DNA of 64,000 nt, taken from Squalus acanthias. Taxonomy: Eukaryota. The stretch spans positions 54,872,001 to 54,936,000 of the forward strand of contig CM059432.1 in the NCBI GenBank assembly GCA_030390025.1, given 5' to 3'. Shown here piece after piece: positions 53,791 to 64,000 of the stretch. How positions within the stretch are numbered: the first letter of the stretch is position 1; each line of letters starts with the position of its first letter. The notes beneath the pieces were generated by a model. That model ran no database searches, had not been told where the DNA came from, and saw only the letters and a program-made list of their open reading frames with translations. The translations under genes and the position numbers were made by a program.

Positions 53791-56044
53791 CATTCGTTCA
53801 GGTTCTGCCACAGGCTGTTTCCACCCATTCATCGTGCTCTGTCACCAGTTGGGCAGTGTATCACACGGCCTCCCATGTCTCCCCCTAAAACAGATAAAGC
53901 ACATAAAGCTATTTCCTCCTGCAGCTGTGTGAAGCAGAACTACTTGTCGAACACCACATGTCATTCTGGGTGGCTGAAGACTGTACCCTTTTAAATTCAG
54001 TTTGTGTGGTGAACGGTGACCATTCTGTTTGCCTATCCCTCAACCCTCGGGCATAGTTGGCAGTTTACACCTCCTCTCGGCCCCCTTGGGAAGGTATTAT
54101 CCAGGCCTCCCTAGACTGTGAACTCCTAGCAACGTGCGGCACACCGATTGCCACCGCTCTGCCTGTCTTTGCGGTGCTCCATGTGACATCGACTCAGCCC
54201 ACTGAGAATCTTCAGGTATGGGGTCTCCACGGTGCAACTTGGTCAGCAATCTCTGCAGCTGCCTGCGCTGGACGATTGAGTCCAGTGCTGTGCTGATTGA
54301 CTCTCATCTCTTTTTCCCTGAACCATTTGTCTATAACCCCGCTGTATCTACGTTATTCCCCATCAAAACATTGTATTTAATCCCACTTCTATGGCACCTT
54401 CATAACCAAAGTAGTCCGGTAAAGCTCTGATCACAGGTACTTCTGTGATCATCTACAGCCTCCGAATGTGAGCACCTTGGCCCTTTACATAATGGTAGCC
54501 CTTCACCGGGCTGTTCTTGTCAGTGTCTTGCTTGTGTCCCAGTCGTGGTAACTGGATGAAGATAAGGGTTCAAATTCCAATTGGAAATTCCCAAAATATA
54601 TACAATAAAAAAATAAAATAGTTGGAAGTGGATTTGGGAGTTGGGGAACTGTGCAATCCACTCAAGCTTTACTCACTGTTTTATGGCATTAGTTGAGCCC
54701 CTCAATGGTATAACAACCTCATAATACGTTCTCATTAATGCTTTCTCATCTGTGAAAAAATGGGACAGGCTATAATTATGCTGCCATAACTGTAATGTGA
54801 CACTAATTGTATTTCAAAACAAACATTATCTGAACCCTCCCTTCTAACCATCAATTTCCCTGGCATTACTGGTAAAACTGAAATTACTGGTAATTACATT
54901 TTACCTGCTTTCTCAAAACTACTCTAGACTATTTTTCATTCATTTTGAGCAGTTTAGTTCCAATGCTAGGCAAGTCTTAGAAATTGTTCAGTCTCGTTCT
55001 AACTGTCCAGACCTGTTTTTTTTTAATTGTACAGTATAAAATCTGTGGCTGCTTTCATACGCCTTAACCAGTGCTAATCAGATTACAGTTTATATCCCTT
55101 TCAATTGTTTAGAATAACACCTCAGAGAGAATGATACAAACAGCAGGATTTCACAGCTTTGATTTACAGCCACTGGCTACCACTGCTTTGAAATGCAACT
55201 CTGCACTCTCTCCATTTGTTCACTGGTTCACACTAACTTAATTTCTTCACTTTTGCTCCATCTTTTCCTCAGCTCAATTCTCTCTTGCTCACATCTATCT
55301 TTCTTTTTGTCTATTTGCTGTCATGCTGACCACCATTTATCCTACTCTCCTTCCTAAATACTGCTTTCCTGCCTGGTTTTATTTTAAGGGTGCAATTATA
55401 TGATGGCCCCAAAATTCCTGGGCCCAGCGACACAAAAACAGTGTTCTGGGCGTAAATATCATGACAACATGTAAATGAAGGGAATAGGTCATACAACGTA
55501 CTTCTTGTGATTTGTGCCCTAATAAGGCTGGGCGCAAGTGCCTCTGGTGTCGAGTATTGCTAAGAGATCTGGGGTGGTGGGGGGGGAGGGGGGGTGTGGA
55601 AGCTAAAGTTGATATGACCAGTTTCGCTGAAGCAGAGTGACCGATTGCTTTCATGAAGCCAACACTTTAAAAATGTATTTTTGGGTTGGGTCCATGGTCC
55701 CACTTATGCCGCAACAAGGTGCTGCAGCTATTATCCTCCCCCCACTCCCGTTCCCCAAGGCAGGCATTCCAGTAGCACTCGAAACGACCCAGACATCCAC
55801 CCTAAGTATTTAAATGTCCTTTACCTTATGAAATGGGCCAGGGTCTGGATTGCAACTAAAGGACAGCTGCAAGTCCCATTCCCCACACCCCTCCTGCAGA
55901 ACTTCACACCAGCAGAGTGGGACCACATGAAATGCAGCCCTACAACTTCAGCACTGGTGCAAAGCAGTTTCCACTTCACATCAATGCTACAGTCATATGG
56001 CAGTCATTTCTACAGGGGTTCAAACTCCCAATCTCCCTCTTTAA

Positions 56045-57161
56045 GAAAGAAAGACTTGCATTTATATAGCGCTTTTCACTACCACGGGGCGTCCCAAAGC
56101 ACTTTACAGCCAATGTACTTTTTGAAGTGTAGTCACTATTGTAATGTAGGAAACATGGCAGCCAATTTGCACACAGCAGGCTCCCACAATGCGACAGCAA
56201 TGTTGATTGAGGGATAAATATTGGTCAGGACACCGGGAATAACTCCCCTGCTGTTCTTCAAGATAGTGCTGTGGGATCTTTTATGTCCACCTGAGAGAGC
56301 AGACGGTTTTACATCTCATCCGAAAGATGACACCTCTGACGGAGCATCGCGCCCTCAGTACTGTCATATTTGACCCTGAAATTAGCATCCGACCACATAT
56401 CCGTGGCATAACTAAGACCGCCTATTTCCACCTCCGTAACATTGCCTGTCTCCGCCCCTGCCTCAGCTCATCTGCTGCTGAAACCCTCATCCATGCCTTT
56501 GTTACCTCTAGACTTGACTATTCCAACTGGCCTCCCACATTCTACCCTACGTAAACTTGAGGTCATCCAAAACTTGGCTGCCGGTGTCCTAACGCGCACC
56601 AAGTCCCGTTCACCCATCTCCCCTGTGCTCGCTGACCTACATTGGCTCCCAGTTAAGCAACGCCTCGATTTCAAAATACTCATCCTTGTTTTCAAATTTC
56701 TCCATGGCCTCGCCCCTCCCTATCTCTGTAATCTCCTTCAGCCCCACAACCCCCCGAGATATCTGCACTCCTCAAGTTCTGCCCTCTTCAGCAGCCCTGA
56801 TTATAATCGCTGAACCATTGGTGGCCGTGCCTTCTGTTGCCTAGGGTCTAAGCTCTGGAATTTCCTGTCTAAACCTCTCCGCCTCTCTACCTCGCTTTCC
56901 ACCTTTAAGATGCTCCTTAAAACCTACCTCTTTGACCAAGCTTTTGGTCACCTGCCCTAATTTTTTATGTGGTTCGGTGTCAATTTTTTGTCTTATAACA
57001 TTCCTGTGAAGCGCCTTGGGACATTTTGCTATGTTACAGGCGCTATATAAATACAAGTTGTTGTTGTTATACTGCACTGGAGTGTCAGCCTAGATTTGGA
57101 GTGGGACTATGAACCCAGAACCTTCTGACCCATAGGCGAGGGTGCTACCAACTGAGCCACA
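56045..57161 (-). mobile_element. DeuSINE-like SINE split by an L2 insertion
   Basis: Tail aaagaaagacttgcatttatatagcg at left; tRNA-like head (tgtggctcagttggtagcac...gggttc) at right. Confidence 0.75.
56364..57069 (+). mobile_element. L2 LINE 3' portion
   Basis: ITKTAYFHLRNI...LIHAFVTSRLDYSN and LHWLPVKQRLDFKIL; (gtt)n tail; TSD tactg. Confidence 0.9.
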
Positions 57162-57337
57162 GCAGATTAACAGAAACGCCAGAGAAAGACCCAAATGGCT
57201 GTTTACCCCTTTTCACTGGGTTTTCACCAAACATCCGCTGAGGTTCTGGTGGGAGATCAGGAAATTCTACCCCATAGTGTAAATCCTGACCTGACTCCAG
57301 AGCACAATGGAGTGAGACTCCCGAGAAGACTCCCTAC

Positions 57338-59555
57338 AAAAGCAAAATACTGTGGATGCTGGAAATCTGAAATAAAAACAGAGAATACTGGAAATACTCA
57401 GCAGGTCAGGCAGCATCTGTGGCAAGAAAAACAGAGTTAATGTTTCAGGTTGATGACCCTTTGTCAGAACTGGAAAAAGTTAGAGATGTAACAGATTTTA
57501 AGCAAGTGCAGGGGCAGGGAAAGGGGGGAGGGGAGGAAAGAACAAAAGGGTAGGTCTGTGATAGGGTGGAAGGCAGGACAGATTAAAAGACAAAAGGGAT
57601 GATGGTGCAAGGCAAAAGGAGATGGTAATGGGACAAGTAAAGAAACAAAAGATGAGTCTAGAAGAGGTGTAAATGGAAATGGCAGAATCATCAACAGCTG
57701 CCATGTGAAAAAATAGGGGCAGAGGTTATGGTCTGAAATTGTTGAACTCGATGTTGAGTCCAGAAGGCTGTAAAGTGCCTAATCGAAAGATGAGATGCTG
57801 TTCCTCAAGCTTATGTTGAGCTTCGTTGGAACAGTGTAAGAGGCCGAGGATGGAGAGGTTAGAGTGGGAGTGGAGCAGAGAGTTAAAGTGACAGGCGACC
57901 GGAAGCTCGGAGTCACGCTTATGGACTGAACGGAGGTGTTCCGCAAAGCGGTCACCCAATCTGCATTTGGTCTCCCCAATGTAGAGGAGACCGCATCGTG
58001 AGCAATGAATACAGTATACGAAATTGCAAGAAGTACAAGTAAATCGCTGTTTCATCTGGAAGGAGTGTATGGGGCCCTGGACGGTGGGAAGGGAGGAGGT
58101 AAAAAGACAGGTGTTGCATCTCCTGCGCTTGCACGGGAAGGTGCCGTGGGAAGGGGTGTTGGGGGTGATAGAGGAGTGGACTAGGGTGTCGCGGAGGGAG
58201 CGGTCCCTACGGAATGCTGAAAGGGGAGGGGAGGGGAAGATGTGTTTGGTGGTGGGATCATGCTGGAGGTGGCGGAAATTGCGGAGGATGATCCATTGAA
58301 TATGGATGCTGGTGGGGTGAAAGGTGAGGACAAGGGGAACCCTATCGTGGTTCTGGGAGGGAGGGGAAGGGGTGAGAGCAGAAGTGCGGGAAATAGAATG
58401 GACACGGTCAAGGGCCGTGTCAACCAGGGTAGAGAGGAATCCTCGGTTGAGGTAAAAGGAAGACAAGTATGGAAGGTGGCATCGTCAGAGCAGATGCGAC
58501 GGAAACGGAGAAACTGGGAGAATGGAACAGAGTTCTTACAGGAAGCGGGGTGAGAGGAAGTGTAGTCCAGGAAGCTGTGGGAGTCAGTGGGCTTATAGTG
58601 GATGTTGGTCGGTAGCCTATCCCCAGAAATGGAGACAGAGAAGTTGAGGAAGAGAAGGGAAGAGTCAGAGATGGACCATGTGAAGGTGAGGGAAGGGTGG
58701 AAATTGGAAGCAAAGTGAATGAAATTTTCTAGTTCAGGGTGAGAGCAGGAAACGGTACCGATACAGTCATCAATGTACCGGAAAAAGAGGTGAGGGAAGG
58801 GACCTGAGTAGGACTGGAACAAAGAGTGTTCCACATATTCCATGAAAAGGCAGGCATAGCTAGGACCCATGCGGGTTCCAATAGAAACACCTTTAATTTG
58901 GAGGAAGTGAGTGGAGTCAAAGGAGAAGTTGTTCAATGTGAGAACAAGTTCAGCCAGGTAGCAGAGGGTGGTGGTGGATGGGGACTGGCTGGACCTCTGT
59001 TCAAGGAACAAGCGGAGTGCCATTAGGCCATCCTGGTGGGGGATGGAGGTGTAGAGGGATTGGATGTCCATAGTGAAAAGGAGACGGTTAGGGCAAGGAA
59101 ACTGGAAATTCTTGAAGTGGCGGAGGGCGTCGGAAGAGTCGCGGATGTAGGTGGGAAGAGACTGGACAAGGGGAGAAAAAATAGAGTCAAGAAAAGAAGA
59201 AATCAGTTCTGTGGGGCAGGAACAAGCTGAAACGATGGGTCTACCAGGGCAGTCCTGTTTGTGGATCTTGGGAAGGAGGTAGAAGCAGGCTGTGCGGGGT
59301 TGGGAGACTATGAGGTTGGCGGCCGTGGGGGGGAAGATCTCCAGAGAAGATGAGGTCAGTCACAGTCTTGGAAACGATGGCTTGATGTTCGGTAGTGGGG
59401 GCATGGTCCAGGGGGAGGTAGGAGGAGGTGTCAGAGAGTTGGCGTTCAGCCTCCGCAAGGTAGAGGTTGGTTCACCAAACAACAGCAGCGCCACCCTTGT
59501 CAGCGGGTTTAATGACAATGTTGGGGTTGGATCTGAGAGAACAGAGTGCTGCAAG
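57338..59555 (-). mobile_element. Penelope-like retroelement family B (RT plus GIY-YIG), 5'-truncated and frameshifted
   Basis: ORF 58181-59071 MDIQSLYTSIP...GTRMGP...FRYIDD; ORF 57726-58466 VYCIHCSRCGLLYIGET...RFAEH...GLN. Confidence 0.92.
57435..57471 (-). ncRNA. Degenerate minimal hammerhead ribozyme motif in the Penelope B 3' region
   Basis: Minus strand AGTT-CTGACAA-AGGGTCATCAACCT-GAAA-CATT-AACT; core G8 and the stem III palindrome are mutated. Confidence 0.6.
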
Positions 59556-60543
59556 TTCTGTTTGACTGCATCCCTTAGGCCTCCTGGACCTGGAGTTAAT
59601 TTAAATATTTAGACAGTGTGGATGATGGTGCTCCCAAGGTCTTAACATTTACACTTTAACTGCCAGGAGAGGAAATTCGTGTGCACAGAGCTCTCTCCTG
59701 GGGCAGCAGAACTTCACCCAGGCTGTGTAAATAGAGTAGTGGCTGGCTGAAACCTTAACTGCAGCTACCAGTCTCAGACCAGTCACAACTTAAATGAACC
59801 CTAACAAATTCCTTAAAGTGAACTGTGCATCCCACAATGCCTACTCCAGTGGATTGCAGAAAAGGCGCAACCACTGGAGGGGATGAGGTGAACACGTGTC
59901 TCCCCAAATCTTCTTCAAATGGGTTATAGCTCCCTCTCTCCATCCTCCAAAACCCAGAATTGTCCTTGATACCCCCCCTGTAAGACATGCGGAATTACCC
60001 CTCGCCCCGTCCAACAGGTTATAGAGTTCGGACTTGAGACTTATGAGAAATGACACCAGACACACGGGTTCTGTTTTTAACCTTTTATTGTTCCTAAGAC
60101 AGATTCAAAACCCCAACCACTATTCGAGCAGTCCACCAATAATATTACAGGAAATCATACATACAATCACCCGCCGATGATCCGTCCAGCGTTGATTGTA
60201 GGTCCTCGTAAGTGAAAAGACTGGCCAGGCCCCTCCTTCCGACTGCAGCCTGATCTCGTAGGTGAAATGATTGGCCCAGCCACCTTCTTCTGACTGCAGT
60301 GCCGATATTCTTTAGCCACTGTGTTTTATACAGCTTTCCTTGCCTTTTGCAGTAAATCAATCATTCAGAGATAGTGAAATGTTTCTTGAATGTTGGTCTG
60401 AGCTGTTTGAGCTGTCAAACGTTTACACTCACACATCCTGTGTGGTTTATCCTTATGATGCGGAGATGCCGGTGTTGGACTGGGGTGGACAAAAGTGAGA
60501 AGTCGCACAACACCAGGTTATAGTCCAACAGTTTTATTTGAAA

Positions 60544-60581
60544 TCACAAGCTTTCGGAGCGGCTGCTCCTTCGTCAGGTGA
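60544..60581 (-). ncRNA. Minimal type I hammerhead ribozyme motif (inverted copy)
   Basis: Exact reverse complement of 62097-62134. Confidence 0.8.
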
Positions 60582-62096
60582 AGTAAAGGAATACAAATCG
60601 ACAAAGCATATATAGATAGAGAACAATGCATGTGAAGCGTACAATGGCAGACGACTACATTTAATCCTCCTGACTGCCTTTCGTCACACCTCGGCAGATA
60701 AACAATCAGGTCAGCCAGGAAGGCACCACATCAAAGACATAGCAAGATACAACTGAGACAATGAGGTGGGGTTACAGGGGGTCTAATGTGTCAAAAGCTG
60801 CAGTCTGTATGGAAAACGATAAACTTTAACATTTTTACTTTTTTTTACTGGAAATCACATCTGTGAACAAGCCAACGACGACTTGAGTCTGGATGACTCT
60901 ACGTCATGTATCGTGACATGAACCCAAGATCCCGGTTGAGGCCGTTCTCATGAGTGCGGAACTTGGCTATCAGTTTCTGCCCGATGATTTTGCGTTGTCG
61001 TGTGTCTCTAAGGTCGCTGAAAAACGCCCTCGTAAGAACGGGATATGACGCTCGACTCATCGATCGACAGTTCCGACGGGCCACAGCGAAAAATCACATA
61101 GACCTCCTCAGAAGGCAAACACGGGACACAACCAACAGGGTACCCTACGTCGTCCAGTACTTCCCCGGAGCGGAGAAACTACGCCATGTTCTTCGCAGCC
61201 TTCAACATGTCATCGATGACGACGAACACCTCGCTAAGGCCATCCCCACGCCTCCACTATTTGCCTTCAAACAGCCGCCTAACCTCAGAAGTACCATCGT
61301 TCGCAGAAAATTACCCAGCTTTCAGGATAACAGCGACCACGACACCACACAACCCTGCCACGGCAACCTCTGCAAGACATGCCAGATCATCAACACAGAT
61401 ACCATCATCACACGTGAGGACACTACCCACCAGGTACATGGTACATATTCATGTGACTCGGCCAACGTTGTCTACCTGATACGTTGCAGGAAAGGTTGCC
61501 CCAGAGCATAGTACATCGGCGAGACCATGCAGACACTGAGAGAACGTATGAACGGACACTGCGCAACAATCGCCAGGCAGGAGTGTTCCCTCCCAGTCGG
61601 GGAACACTTCAGCAGTCAAGGACATTCAGCCTCGGATCTGCGGGTAAGCGTTCTCCGAGGCGGCCTTAAAGACACACGACAACGCAAAATCATCGAGCAG
61701 AAACTGATAGCCAAGTTCCGCACTCATGAGGACGGCCTCAACCGGGATCTTGGGTTCATGTCACGATACATGACGTAGAGTCATCCAGACTCGAGTCGTC
61801 GTTGGCTTGTTCACAGATGTGATTTCCAGTAAAAAAAAAGTAAACATTTTAAAGTTTAGCGTTTTCCATACAGACTGCAGCTTTTGACACATTAGACCCC
61901 CTGTAACCCCACCTCATTGTCTCAGTTGTATCTTGCTATGTCTTTGATGTGGTGCCTTCCTGGCTGACCTGATTGTTTATCTGCCGAGGTGTGATGAAAG
62001 GCAGTCAGGAGGATTAAATGTAGTCGTCTGCCATTGTACATTTCACATGCATTGTTCTCTATCTATATATGCTTTGTCGATTTGTATTCCTTTACT

Positions 62097-62134
62097 TCAC
62101 CTGACGAAGGAGCAGCCGCTCCGAAAGCTTGTGA
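62097..62134 (+). ncRNA. Minimal type I hammerhead ribozyme motif
   Basis: TCAC-CTGACGA-A-GGAGC agcc GCTCC-GAAA-GCTT-GTGA: stem I TCAC/GTGA, intact core, palindromic AGCT stem III. Confidence 0.8.
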
Positions 62135-63199
62135 TTTCAAATAAAACTGTTGGACTATAACCTGGTGTTGTGCGGCTTATCCTTATCACAGCCCAAAATT
62201 GTTCATTCACTCCTAAAGTTTACAAAGGTGGCAGAAAACCACTTGATTAGGTTCATGAGTTATGTCGTATTCTGCATTTCAAAACTTCAAAGGTTTGACT
62301 TCTCACCTCAGAAAAGTCATCAGAGACACGATGTCTACAATACTAAGGGAGTTTGTTTATCTCTGTTGTCTCTGACTACCCCCTGCAGTCACAACCATGT
62401 TTCCTGCCTTATCAGTGAAAGACTGCTTGTTACATTCACCAATTTTATTCCACTTTGTAAAACCTTTTTGCCTGGCAAAGCATTTCAAGAAATATTAAAA
62501 ATTAAGGGTCTGTATATACTTTCTACACCCCTGAACTCTAATATGATTGCATTGCTTCGATTGCGAGACCGAAGGTATGAACTCAGTCACCGTTTCACTT
62601 CCTTAGAAGATTGTTCACCAAAAAAATCTTAAAATAGAAATTAAAATATAACAAATTTTTAAGAGACACTTGTGGTATAAACAATATACAGATCAGGGTG
62701 ACGATGGTGAAAAATTCTCTGGATCTGTAGCAATTATAGGTTATGTGCCTGCAGTGCTTAGGTTTACTTTCTGTGAAACATCACTTTGAAATGGTCAGTG
62801 GTGAAGAATTGATATTTCAATTGTTTCATTGTTAATGTTTTTATTCTGTCAGTTTTTAATCATCTGAGCAGAATCACACAGGGCTGCTGAGAGACCTGTA
62901 AAATGCAGGGGCTGAATTGGTGCAGATTAAAAAGAGCAGGGTCTGTGGGAACAGTAAATACTATGGAAATTTGGGAAAATTGTCCAATAAAGGAGAGTTA
63001 AGACTCGTGACAAATATGTTCAAAAATGGTATTTAAGTTATACATTATTGCCAAACTCCTCAAAGTTTGTGCAGACTTAAATAATTTTCAAATCAATTTG
63101 TTGAATCGTACTGGAAAGTGCTTGTGTGGATCTCAGGTGAAGACTGGTTCAGGTTCAGCTGGAATGCCCTCTACAGTCTAAGACCCTGCCCACACCCAG

Positions 63200-63345
63200 A
63201 GGGTAAATGTAACTTTTAATGGCAGGTGAAAAACAAGTGATAGTTGCACGTCGCCGCAAAAAGAAAATTGAGCGGAGTGTAAAACGGGCAACCGTTTCAC
63301 TATTGCTTGTTTCTCACCCAGCGCTAAAAGTTAAAATGACCCCCT
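63200..63345. mobile_element. Short MITE, possibly Harbinger-type
   Basis: Imperfect TIRs gggtaaatgtaactttt / aaaagttaaaatgaccccc around a CpG-rich core. Confidence 0.5.
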
Positions 63346-64000
63346 CCCAGTCTCGACGCATGAAGAAAGGCCACTCAGAGGAACACCCAGCATCCATGCA
63401 GTCAAACCCCAGCAACAGTCAGCACCTTTAGAAGTGGAGAGAGGAAAGGGAATAAAATTGGAATAAAAAATGCGGTATTAAATCTGAATTCAAGTGACTT
63501 ACCATACATTGAAAAAAGAATTGTGACACATCCCAAATGGGGGAACAATATAATTCATTCAATCTAGTATAAGGTTCTGAACTAACTTCTGTCACACTCT
63601 CTTTGAGCATATAGCAGTGACTTTTTTCTGAAGTATGCTGTGGGAAAAAACTCTGACAATACGACAGGCCTATCAAATCCAGTGTCCAGCACAAAACGGC
63701 TACAGTACTTTATCAAACATCACATGACATTGCATTCAGATGAAACAATATCGAAAAATCTCCCCATCAAAGAAACGGATCCATGCAGTTGTAAGACATG
63801 CTGTTTTAAACAGAAATGTTCTCTCTGGTGTTTATACTGCTCCTGTGGGGGTACAGACCATTGAATCAATTTTTTTGTTATTTAATGGTCTCTCGTTTGC
63901 ATAATTTATTTAGGAGCAGGAACTGTGACTGATTTCCTACTGCACTCATTCCTTGGAACTGTTTCAATTAATGCTTTGAATATAATGTATTTTAATCATT

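Larger units (their letters stand above)
60457..62176 (+). mobile_element. Penelope-like retroelement family A with an inverted 3' duplication
   Basis: RT C-terminus and GIY-YIG ORF (VVYLIRCRKGCPRA*YIGET...H...GLNRD) at 61019-61778; inverted arms 60502-61018 and 61660-62176; TSD ttatccttat. Confidence 0.93.
59979..62527 (-). mobile_element. Probable solo LTR (~820 bp without the nested Penelope), ERV or Gypsy type
   Basis: TGTA...TACA termini; CCCC 4-bp TSD; minus-strand TATA (GTATAAAA, 60324-60331) followed by AATAAA (60084-60089). Confidence 0.62.

Overview
Vertebrate genomic DNA, most likely from a shark or other cartilaginous fish, inferred from the repeat content (HER1-like CR1 LINEs, an HE1/V-SINE, DeuSINE-like and Penelope elements). 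Bases ~2.6-33.8 kb hold the 3' ten coding exons of the Src-family tyrosine kinase YES1 on the + strand (SH3, SH2, kinase, C-terminal tail; all GT-AG, open frame throughout), followed by a ~1.35 kb 3' UTR with a candidate AATAAA. The N-terminal exon lies upstream of the window. The rest is mostly transposon-derived: CR1 and L2 LINEs, SINEs, PIF/Harbinger derivatives with Myb/SANT remnants, Tc1/mariner (Tigger-like) and hAT non-autonomous elements, a decayed Gypsy, and two Penelope families. The most striking structure is at 60-62.5 kb: a young Penelope element with ~517-bp inverted arms, each carrying an intact minimal hammerhead ribozyme motif, nested with a 10-bp TSD inside an apparent solo LTR. 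No second host gene was recognised. Family assignments are from recalled consensus motifs, not database searches, and repeat boundaries without TSDs are approximate.
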